Both the position numbers and the translations under genes were made by a program. A DNA stretch of 64,000 nt from Macrostomum hystrix. Its lineage: Eukaryota; Animalia; Platyhelminthes. Below, in pieces: positions 24,534 through 34,927 of the stretch (positions within the stretch are counted from its first letter, which is position 1; each line of letters starts with the position of its first letter). The notes below the pieces were generated by a model. That model was not told the DNA's origin, searched no databases, and was given only the letters and a program-made list of their open reading frames with translations. The stretch lies in the NCBI GenBank assembly GCA_950097015.1, contig CATNEN010000001.1, positions 10,974,001 through 11,038,000 on the forward strand, given 5' to 3'.

Positions 24534-24613
24534 GGACTGGAATTGTAATTAGTTATTAAATCCATTAAACCTATTTACTCTCATCTAGTCCCTAACAACT
24601 TACACGCAGCTAA

Positions 24614-24786
24614 GATGGGTCAGCGAGTGAGTCAATAAATCGCAGATGGGTCAGCGAGTGAGTCAAGAAATCGCAGATGGGTCAGCGAGTGAGTCAATAA
24701 ATCGCAGATGGGTCAGCGAGTGAGTCAAGAAATCGCAGATGGGTCAGCGAGTGAGTCAAGAAATCGCAGATGGGTCAGAGAGTCAA
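24614..24786. repeat. 31-bp tandem repeat (GATGGGTCAGCGAGTGAGTCAAGAAATCGCA)x~5.5 just 5' of the GT92 start
   Basis: Direct tandem copies. Confidence 0.9.
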
Positions 24787-25349
24787 ACGAGACGTTGAGT
24801 TACGGAGAGTGATACATTGTTCCGAAAGTATGACAGTATGATAATACAAAAGTATGATATTTAGTCGCTACTTTGAACCTAAAAGTACACAAAAAGGAGA
24901 TAAAAATGCCAATTTCAGAGACAAACATTTCTTTGGTTGCGTCAATAAATAAAAACGCATGGGTGTTAGGTTTCGCTTCCGTGATATCTGAAGCGATTGT
25001 GTTGAAAGCATATTTTTTCTATTTAAAAGGCAAACCAGAGATGGTACTGCATTATACGATCAGGATTTTTTTTAATCAAAGCAGAATATAAAAAACAAAA
25101 GTAAGAAGTCAAGATTTTGCAGACATTAGATTTTTATTTGTAAGGTATAAATATTTTTTAACACAGACATGACAGCGACCGACAGTGTGAAAACAAAACT
25201 TATTGTGCAGCAAAGAAAGGATAAGTTTTTTTGACAGAAATATAACTCCTGCACACGAGAGCACTTATTATGGGATAAAATATATGAACATGCTACTGTA
25301 TGGCTCACATAAGTTGCATAAATTTGACAGTCTATTCAAGAAGTATATA

Positions 25350-26535
25350 TCTTTTCCCTAGCAACTAACTGTAAGGAATATTTGCCCTAGCAACTAACTG
25401 GAAGGAATATTTGCCCTAGCAACTAACTGTAAGGAATATTTGCCCTAGCAACTAACTGGAAGGATCTTTTCCCTAGCAACTAACTGGAAAGATCCTTTTC
25501 CCTAGCAACTAACTGGAAGGATCGTTTCCCTAGCAACTAACTGGAAGGATCTTTTCCCTAGCAACTAACTGGAAGGATCTTTTCCCTAGCAACTAACTGG
25601 AAGGATCTTTTCCCTAGCAACTAACTGGAAAGATCTTTTCCCTAGCAACTAACTGGAAAGATCTTTTCCCTAGCAACTAACTGGAAAGATCTTTTCCCTA
25701 GCAACTAACTGGAAGGATCTTTTCCCTAGCAACTAACTGGAAGGATCTTTTCCCTAGCAACTAACTGGAAGGATCTTTTCCCTAGCAACTAACTGGAAGG
25801 ATCTTTTCCCTAGCAACTAACTGGAAGGATCTTTTCCCTAGCAACTAACTGGAAAGATCTTTTCCATAGCAACTAACTGGAAGGATCTTTTCCCTAGCAA
25901 CTAACTGGAAGGATCTTTCCCTAGCAACAAACTGGGAGGGATATTTTCCCTAGCAACAAACTGGAAGGATCTTTTCCTTAGCAACTAACTGAGGGGGGTA
26001 TTTTCCCTAGCAACAAACTGGAAGGATCTTTTCCTTAGCAACTAACTGAGTGGGGTATTTTCCCTAGCAACAAACTGGGAGGGATATTTTCCCTAGCAAC
26101 AAACTGGGAGGGATATTTTCCCTAGCAACAAACTGGGAGGGATATTTTCCCTAGCAACAAACTGGGAGGGATATTTTCCCTAGCAACTAACTGGAAGGAT
26201 CTTTTCCCTAGCAACAAACTGGAAGGATCTTTTCCTTAGCAACTAACTGAGGGGGGTATTTTCCCTAGCAACAAACTGGGAGGGATATTTTCCCTAGCAA
26301 CAAACTGGGAGGGATATTTTCCCTAGCAACAAACTGGGAGGGATATTTTCCCTAGCAACAAACTGGGAGGGATATTTTCCCTAGCAACAAACTGAGAGGG
26401 TATTTTCCCTAACAACAAACTGGGAGGGATATTTTCCCTAGCAACTAACTGAGGGGGGTATTTTCCCTAGCAACAAACTGGGAGGGATATTTTCCCTAGC
26501 AACAAACTGGGAGCGATATTTTCTCTAGTAACAAA
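25350..26535. repeat. 29-bp minisatellite (TTTTCCCTAGCAACTAACTGGAAGGATCT)n
   Basis: About 40 units, with a gradient of variants along the array. Confidence 0.95.
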
Positions 26536-27162
26536 CAAGAAGAGATTGATTTCGTTTTCAAGAAGAAACAAATATTGTTTCCTTGCTAGCTGCTCCAATA
26601 GAACAAGAGTTCAGTTTGGACCTAAAAGCAAAGAAAAATGTCGAGCTGCTAATATTGTCTGTAGGTTTATTGGTACAGGTTGCATCACGAAAGAGAGAAA
26701 AGTTTTGCCAAATTCGTTCAACCAGGAATATAAAAAATAGTTGAATAAATATAAGAAGAAAAACAGCAGAACAGACAGTGATGCGCCATTAAATAGATCT
26801 TCTGCACCAGATACTTGTAATAAGCGCACAGCCAATGATAATGAACAGAACATATAGGACCAGAGGGAGACATTTTCATTGAAAATCGAAAATCTATTTA
26901 AGCAACAAAAAACTAGGGACTGTGAGCTACCAGTCCTTGTGATCAGACTTCAGATGAAGAGTTTGAAGTTTGAAGGGAGTTTGAATCTCATACCAATCAA
27001 ATCATGTGTATCCTTGAGCAGGGCACTTCCCGGTCTAACTAGATTAGGCGCCATATCCAGGCCATAGACAAAACGGTAGTTTTCCGCTAGACCAGGCCTT
27101 CAAACAACCTTTAACTTCACCTCCTGCTCAAGGTATGAGGTTCATACATCAAGAAAAAATCC

Positions 27163-27506
27163 AAGAACCATTAGAAGGAGGGGACACTTCGTTTCTTGGA
27201 AATAATTATCAAGGACTAATTTTCACGCCAAACTGTACCGGCGAGACTGGAACTTTTCGCTTTTTTACATTAGAATATTGATAACTTTTCATTAGAAGCA
27301 GATCCAATGCTGTTCTTTTAATAAATATATCTTGCAAAACATGTTGCTTTAACGACTTATTTAATTTTTAAAGAAAGCTTCATTCTTGAATAATCTTGAA
27401 AATAAGTGAAAAGTTTCTATCTCGCCAGTGCATTTTCCGTGAAAATCTGCCTTTAACAAATTTTCCAAGAAACGAAGTGTCCGGCCGTTCTTCTAGTGGT
27501 CCTTAA
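27163..27506. mobile_element. Degenerate MITE with long imperfect TIRs (Kolobok-like TTAA/GG end)
   Basis: GGACACTTCGTTTCTTGGAAA..TTTTCACG..GGCGAGA..AACTTTTC is mirrored by GAAAAGTT..TCTCGCC..CGTGAAAA..TTCCAAGAAACGAAGTGTCC. The right end is GGTCCTTAA. Confidence 0.7.
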
Positions 27507-27572
27507 GAATATCTTGCATGGAAAAAATGGCCGAATAAAGTCGTGTGCTGAATGGCATGCTCTCGCTGTTCT

Positions 27573-30500
27573 CTAAGAATTGGACTCAGGCCCAATAACT
27601 AAAGCGGACAGGGCGAACAATAGAAAGATCACGCCGCCGCACAGCGTGACAGTGCGCACCGAGATTCTTTGGGCTATGAATCGACCGCCCAGTACGGCCA
27701 GGCCAGTGCACAGGGCGTGGCCGAGAGTGCCGCCGACAATCACACCGACAACATCGTCTCTAGCGGCCAGAATTATAGTGGCAATCTGGGATCGATCGCC
27801 CCATTCAGCTAAGAATGTTAGCGTGAATGACTCAATCAGCACTTTGCTAACCACATTGTAGATGAAGGAGCGTCGGGGACTGCGAATAACGCCAGTCTCC
27901 GCGTCCTGTTCGGTGGCAGCAGCCTGGGATTTGCAATATTCTTCGTCGCGTTTCTTTAAATCGGCCTGCACCTCTTCGTATTCTTCTAGGCCCTCGTCCG
28001 GCTTCATATAATAGCCTTCGCGCAGCATCTTTAAGCCGAAGATGGCGAATAGGGCGCTGCTAACATAGTAGGTGAACCAGCGCGGAATGACTGTGGTGGC
28101 ATAGCCCAACACGGCCGATAGGATAGTCATTGTGGCCAGGGCTAGGATGGCTCCGGTGAATACAACCAGCCTGGAGTGCCGCATAGCCATGATGGCGGCA
28201 ATGAAGAAGGTTTTATCGCCTAGCTCGGATACAATGATAACAGACAGGCTGGCTAGGAATGCGTGGATGAAGCCGAAGCGAGAATTCGACGATTCGATTG
28301 AGCCAGCCTTTGGATCGCCCTTTAGGTAGCGCTGTGCACAAGAGATGAGGAGAGGTAGATATTAGAAATTGTCTGTCACTGTAGCAGATTAATAATAACA
28401 TAATAATAATTGCAGGAGGGATGCGGGCAATGACACATTATTTGGTGACACTAGACCCGCAGCCAGCGAGGAGGCAATTCTGCCCATTCCGCTGACTGCT
28501 AAGCACACACGCACATAGGTGTACATCTGCCCTGACTTTCTCATCGTCAGGAAGTGCACACTCTCACTGTGTCTTGGAGGTTGGCTCTAAAGGGCGTAAA
28601 TTGCGCGACTGAGCCTAAAATGAATGCGGTCTCGCCGCGGAATCGAGCTCGGGGACCTTGGTGTGAGAGGCAAACACTTTAGACAGCTCTGTCACTTATC
28701 CCCTCTGTAAGCAGATTGGTAGATGAATTAAATCATTTAATATGGATTTCCATTCGTGACTGTGTAACAAAAAAATCTGGAAGGCAAAATATTATTTTTC
28801 CGATTGTGTCAGATTAATTTTATACTGTTATAATGTGGGATGATGCCCTTTTTACAAAAGTAAAGCTGGCCTTTGTATTTTTGTGCAGAAGATTAGGACA
28901 AGAAAATGACAATCATAAAATATAGTTCAGAATTGTTTTCGTATTTAAAATCAGGTGAGATTCTACAATTTTGATAAAAATAAAGAATGCAAGAAAAATA
29001 TCTAGCAAGCCAAACTATATGTTGAAGTAGAAAACTAGTAATTAAAAAACTGGATAAAAGACAAGAGTATTTATGACTAATAATAAGAAAAAGAAAATTG
29101 AGTCTCTCTCTGCCGTCTGAATTGGTGAGTCTTTAGAACAATGGCTCCAAAGCGAACAATAGAAAGAACAGACCGCCGCAAAATGTGACCAGGCGAACAG
29201 ACAGTCGCTTAGCAACTAGACTGCCGCACAGGACAGCCAAACCGGTGCATAGGGCGTGGCCAATAGTGCCGCCGACAATCACGCCGACGGTGCTGTCTCT
29301 GGCGGAGAGCAGCAGAGCGGACGCCTGCGATCTATCGCCCCATTCGGCTAGGAAAGTGAGCACGAACGACTCAACTAGAGCGGATCTGTTGCTGTGCTTA
29401 GATTGGCGCAGGTCTAGTTCAGCCTCGCGCCACTCTTTCATAGCCTTGCCTGGCGACATTCGCCAAGCTTGCAGCAATAGGCTAATGCCGAATATAGTGA
29501 ATATGATAATGCCTATAGCGGCTATGCACCAGTGGGGCAGGCGGCCGAGTCCACTAAACAGGTAGCCTAGGCCAGCTGAGATCACATTAATGCCAGCCTC
29601 AGCTGCTAGGGAGCCAGAAAACACAGCTAGTTTGGCATTGTGTTTGACAGCCAATAGGCAGGCTAAGAAGAATGTGTTGTCGCCGATTTCCGAGACAGCG
29701 ATGGCTGAAGCGGCGGACAGAGCTGCTGAGATGATCGACTGGTGCTCAGACTGACAACGATTTAAGCAGCAACAGAGGAGAGGTTGACAACAGAAAAGGG
29801 GAAACACCTTGCTTTAAACAGCACGATTCTCACACCAACAAACACAGACAAGGAACTAAGTAGTTACTGTCTACTGTGTGCAACTGATGTCGCTTGCACT
29901 ATTCTTTAGAAAATTAAGAAAATCCCAATATAAATCGCCAGATATCAGTGGGTGGGTATGATAGGTTGATCTGAGGGTGAGGCTGGTGAATCAGTGGGTG
30001 AGGCTGGTGAATCTGAGGGTGAGGCTGGTGAATCAGTGGGTGAGGCTGGTGAATCAGTGGGTGAGGCTGGTGGGTCTGTGGGTGAGGCTGGTGAATCATA
30101 GAGTGAGGCTGATTGGTCTGTGGGTGAGGCTGATGAATCTGTGGGTGAGGCTGATGAATCTGTGGGTGAGGCTGGTGAATCAGTGGGTGAGGCTGGTGAA
30201 TCAGTGGGTGAGGCTTGTGAATCAGTGGGTGAGGCTGGTGAATCAGTGGGTGAGACTGGTGAATCAGTGGGTGAGGCTGGTGAATCAGTGGGTGAGGCTT
30301 GTGAATCAGTGGGTGAGGCTGGTGAATCAGTGGGTGAGACTGGTGAATCAGTGGGTGAGGCTGCTGAATCAGTGGGTGAGACTGGTGAATCAGTGGGTGA
30401 GACTGGTGAATCAGTGGGTGAGGCTGCTGAATCAGTGGGTGAGACTGGTGAATCAGTGGGTGAGACTGGTGAATCAGTGGGTGAGACTGGTGAATCAGTG

Positions 30501-32925
30501 GGTGAGGCTGGTGAATCAGTGGGTGAGGCTTGTGAATCAGTGGGTGAGGCTGGTGAATCAGTGGGTGAGACTGGTGAATCAGTGGGTGAGGCTGCTGAAT
30601 CAGTGGGTGAGACTGGTGAATCAGTGGGTGAGACTGGTGAATCAGTGGGTGAGGCTGCTGAATCAGTGGGTGAGACTGGTGAATCAGTGGGTGAGACTGG
30701 TGAATCAGTGGGTGAGGCTTGTAAATGTTTGTATGTGAGGGAAAAGTTTGTAATTTTGTAATTGTGTACATTTTTGTAAATTTATCTTGATCAAAAAACT
30801 CAACTGCCAAGGGGCAAAAATAATTTATTTTGTAGCTGACACCACAAAGCAGAACATAGGTTTAGTCAATAAGTATTTATTATCAAGTAAATAGAAAAAT
30901 AATATACTAATAATATAAAAAAAATATTTATTATGACGCTATTGATCATGGAAATGACAGTCACTAGATATATGAGAGATTAATAAGAAATAAGAAATTA
31001 TTTTGTCCTAATCAATCACTGACCTATGAACATTGATATAATTTATGCCAAGAAACCATTATTTCATAGTCTTTAGATTGTTTTTGAGAGTGTTCAAGAT
31101 ACACTGTTGGTGGCACACTATTGTTAGAACCTGCACACTTCTATGATGTTGCCTTTGTACTATCTAAATATATTTTATAGCATATTTTTGGCAGTGTTAT
31201 AAAGCAACAGCAAGTCCTATAAAGTTGATAGTCATAGTCAGGAGTACATAAAAGTTGGGATAAAAAATACAAGTACAAAAAACAAGGAAATTAAGCATTT
31301 ATTATATAAACAAACATACATGCGCAACCTCCCAAATCTTAAGCCGGCCATGCAACTTAGTTTTTGCTCTATTTACGACTTAGTTTGCTCTCATTTGCGA
31401 CGTAGTTTGTTTCAGTGCTCTATTTATGACTTAGTTTGCTCTCATTTGCTCTCTTTTTCTCTCCCTTTTTTCCTTTTCTTCATGCCTTCCTTTTTTGTCC
31501 CTTGGCCCCCCTTTGATTTTTTTGTGCTTGGTTGATTGGTTTTTGCCACATACCTTGCTTGGCCCTTGTTTCACCCAGCCGGCCAGGTGTTGCGCATGTA
31601 TGTAAACAAAGCCAAAATATGAATGTCTTTTAACATTTCAGATGAATCAACTAACTGTAAAACTCTATCAATGTTGAAGAGAAACATATTATACATCATT
31701 ATACTATTATACTAATTTGAAAGTTGAATAAATTATCTGCAAGCTGAGGCATGATATGCAATGAAGCATTAAAGGGAAAGAAAGATATTGATGTTTCAGC
31801 AGAAATTTTTATCACAAAAGCATACTTTTTAACAGCGTTTTTTCAGTATATACTTTAGACGAAGATTGTATGTGGTTGCTTTCCAATTAAATTACCATAA
31901 ATGTAGTTATTTATACAGCATGAAAAATGCTTTCAAATGACATAATTCATGATAGATCACTCTTTAAAATAAGATTAAACCACTCACTCAAATTTTAAAA
32001 CCGAACATCAAATTCTCTGTTTGGTTTGAAGATACATGAAAATCATTGTTTGGTTTTAGATGAAAAACATGAATAACTTTTTTCTATTTGACAAAATTGC
32101 AAAAGCAGATACTATTTAGAAAGACAAAACTGTTTTCTATAACTTGGCTTTTGATTTATCATGATATCTTAAATAGAGAATCTGTAGCTTAGGTTTGAAG
32201 TTAAAAAAATGCATATTCTTGTTCGGTTGATGATACATTACCCGATTTAATTAATTCTTTATAAGTGTGCATAGTTAAAATGGAAGGCTGTTTTTTAGCA
32301 TATTTAGGTGAAAAAATAGTTGTCACCAATCTGACTAATTGTGTCACTGAAATGACTGTCACCAAAATGTCTTGTCACCGAAATGACCTGGGACCAAAAA
32401 CTACAAATTTGAATCAAATAGTTCACATTTGTCTACATATATATGAAGTTCAATACCATGACTAAGAAATAAAAAACCAAATTAGCAATTAGTAATTACC
32501 CATCTCAATATTTAAATTAGGCAAAACATTAGGAGACATTAAGGAGGTTATAGTTGAAATTTATATTATTGTATATTGAGGAGATCATGACATAAAAAGA
32601 CCCTGATATGCAGTCTTGACTTCTATACAAAGTAAAAATAATGCGTTAAACAGCACCAAATAATAATTAAATAGAAACCATAGAAATGAGTAATAAAATG
32701 GAAGAAAAACTAACTTACTTCTGCTTTCTCATTTGCTTTCAGGGCATTCTTAATTTTGTTTTTGACATTGTAGAAAAAAGAGTTTGCCTCGGACTTTGTA
32801 TCTTCTTGCTTGTCACTGTTTTGAGAACCTTTGTCATTTTCTTTGGCTTTAACATGGGATATGATAGAAACAAGAAATAAGGCTGTTATCAGAACTACAA
32901 CAGCGCGACGAAAGTAACACACCAT
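27573..32925 (-). CDS. TMEM165: TMEM165/GDT1 Golgi Ca2+/Mn2+ transporter (exon 1 32925-32719; canonical exon 2 28331-27573; ~321 aa)
   Basis: Exon 1 encodes a signal peptide (MVCYFRRAVVVLITALFLVSIISHVKA) and ends at the donor GAA|GTAAGT. Exon 2 follows the acceptor CACAG| and encodes IVSELGDKTFFIAAIMAMRH, an acidic loop and LAEWGDRSQ. The join is phase 0. Confidence 0.92.
28391..28704 (-). mobile_element. tRNA-derived SINE family 2, copy C (TMEM165 intron)
   Basis: Same body and (ATT)n tail as copies A and B. Confidence 0.8.
29133..29750 (-). CDS. Second, divergent GDT1/TMEM165 membrane-domain exon (alternative terminal exon nested in the TMEM165 intron)
   Basis: Intact frame with EIGDNT and EWGDRS motifs. 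It is preceded by a pyrimidine tract and a phase-0 acceptor TTGTCAG|TCT, and has no ATG of its own ahead of the domain. Confidence 0.8.
   Translation of the reverse strand, partial: SEHQSIISAALSAASAIAVSEIGDNTFFLACLLAVKHNAKLAVFSGSLAAEAGINVISAGLGYLFSGLGRLPHWCIAAIGIIIFTIFGISLLLQAWRMSPGKAMKEWREAELDLRQSKHSNRSALVESFVLTFLAEWGDRSQASALLLSARDSTVGVIVGGTIGHALCTGLAVLCGSLVAKRLSVRLVTFCGGLFFLLFALEPLF
29975..30722. repeat. 21-bp minisatellite (TGGGTGAGGCTGGTGAATCAG)n
   Basis: About 35 units in the TMEM165 intron. Confidence 0.95.
31315..31602. mobile_element. hAT-type MITE (14-bp TIR, 8-bp TSD)
   Basis: TIR CATACATGCGCAAC / GTTGCGCATGTATG. TSD TAAACAAA at 31307-31314 and 31603-31610. Confidence 0.9.
31968..32245 (+). 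repeat. Dispersed repeat, second copy at ~58960-59150
   Basis: Shared AATAAGATT.AACCACTCACTCAAATT.TAAAACCGAACA..TTTGGTTTGAAGATACATGAAAA and ATCTGTAGCTTAGGTTTGAAGT...GATGATACATTACCC. Confidence 0.75.
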
Positions 32926-33344
32926 GTTGAGTTTCGGGAATAAACTGATTTATAGAAGTATTCAAGTTTTTAAACTAATTAGTAACGAATGAAAATCTAT
33001 TAAACTAACTATTTTTTACTGTCGAAAACCTGTGCTGATTCTGTTGAAGTGGATGTAAGTGCTAGGTAGGACAAGTTTGTATTCGTTACGAAGTTACCAA
33101 TCAAGCACTTTTTACGTATTAATTTCCCGATTGACATTTACATTCACATTCACATTCAAACAAGAGTATTGTAACTTAAAAAATAACCATTCAATAACAG
33201 CGAAACTTACAAGATCTTCTGATGCAACTAAGATAACGTTCCAAAATAAATATACTTTATTTTTGTCAATGCATAAAATAATTACACAGCTTTGAAGTTT
33301 GTTCCTATCTCCGCAGTGTATTTTCTTGTACTTTCAAAAAGACA

Positions 33345-33585
33345 CTACTGCGTCAATCGCAATGAAAATTTACAAATTTACGAATCTGTTTCGTATCTCC
33401 GTGTCTGCCAGCGAATGTCAAGCTGGCTCCCAAAAATACACTTACGGAGATACGAAACACACTTTAACCTTGAATAACCCACAGACGCTTTTATGAATCA
33501 GTCTGAAATTTTACACATCTAAATCTAATCAACTCGATTGTATCAGAGGTTTTGTAAATTTTCATTTCGATTGACGCAATACTCG
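33345..33585. repeat. Inverted-repeat element (MITE-like) upstream of TMEM165
   Basis: TACTGCGTCAATCGCAATGAAAATTTACAAA is mirrored by TTTGTAAATTTTCATTTCGATTGACGCAATA. Confidence 0.55.
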
Positions 33586-34258
33586 TAGAAGTGTTCGGAT
33601 GAGTTCAAACCGCTCACAATGGTTTCTTCAGTCCTAGCTGACTGAAAATCCCTGCTGCATGTAGTCGCCCAATTAGTACAGGTGACCCTCACACTGTATG
33701 ACAAATAATAGCCAGCAACAGGGCAAAAGGAATGCACTTTAAGAAACATGAGACTGGTCTGGCTTATTTTGTGTAAATTGGGTACTTATGATGATGAGCA
33801 AGAAGCAGTGCTGATTTTGGACCCATAAGACGTCTGATCGACTGCCTAAGGCTGCACGAGTTGCATGGTCTAACTAAGGAAACTGTGCTGCATTTCTTCG
33901 TCAGAGATGGGCCAAGTCAGGACCAAATTTTGAGATGTCTCAATGAGATGTCTTGGACCTGAAATACAAGCTAGAAGTAGGTAAAAATCTTTAAAATTAA
34001 AGAAAGGAAATGTTTAAACCTATTTTTAATTGCATGCTTCGAAAAACTGTTCTCACACACTCCCTGTTTTCAGAGAGTGTTTTGTTTCGTCCAGTCCATA
34101 GCAACAGGTCGTCGGTAACAGATTCGACAAGAACTGAGTGGGTCGAAACAATGATAAAGGCGAGAGCGCATCAGAGCTGCTTGGATTGGAAAGTGTCAGT
34201 TGAGACGCAGAACTCTGCCAAATTCCTTATAAATTTCAGCTGAGCAGCAACCAGCGAA

Positions 34259-34397
34259 TCTAGCAACTCGACTGAAACCCTAGCAACTCGACTCGAACCC
34301 TAGCAACTCGACTCAAACCCTAGCAACTCGACTCAAACCCTAGCAACTCGACTCAAACCCTAGCAACTCGACTCAAACCCCAGCAACTGGACTCAAA
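34259..34397. repeat. 20-bp tandem repeat (CTAGCAACTCGACTCAAACC)x~7
   Basis: Direct tandem copies. Confidence 0.9.
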
Positions 34398-34927
34398 GGT
34401 TCCGGCTAGCGAACAGTCGAGCCAAGACTCGAAGAGCAGATCCGAAAGAAGCGAAAGCAACTACGACTTCAATTTCATGGCTGTTTAACCAGCTCATAAC
34501 TCTACTATGTCCTATCAAACATTGACTGCTTGCGAATCTGGGAGTAGCGAATAGTTAAAAAAGTCAAACAGCAGCTACTTTCAGTGCTGTTTGCTGCTGC
34601 CTGTGGGAATTCTCCTTTGACGGTTCTGCCTTGCGAGGGCCGCTGGGCCCGCTCTGCTCAAACAGAAGGCAATCACGCCTCTGCAATGCATCCTACAGAA
34701 AATGTACGAGCGTAGGACTGTTCCAGATTTGCTCAGAAGGCTTGCAAATAAAGTTCCATTAACTTTCAGCAGTTCCTATTTCGCAGATGAAACTCAAATC
34801 CATTTGATGCTGGGACCCCGACAACTCAATGCTATTTAATGCGTATGGCAGAGACCGCTTACCTGTCTTCATGCAGTCGCACTCTGACACCACCAGAGTC
34901 CGATTTGAGCTGACTGCGAAATTCACA

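Noticed and set aside
29751-29807. GTG start and Cys-rich N-terminus (MFPLFCCQPLLCCC) of a stand-alone GDT1 paralogue
   Set aside because: This is the polypyrimidine tract and acceptor. There is an in-frame TAA just upstream and no ATG.
29914-30810. His/Pro/Gln-rich 298-aa ORF (HPLIHQP)
   Set aside because: 21-bp minisatellite in the TMEM165 intron, open in multiple frames.
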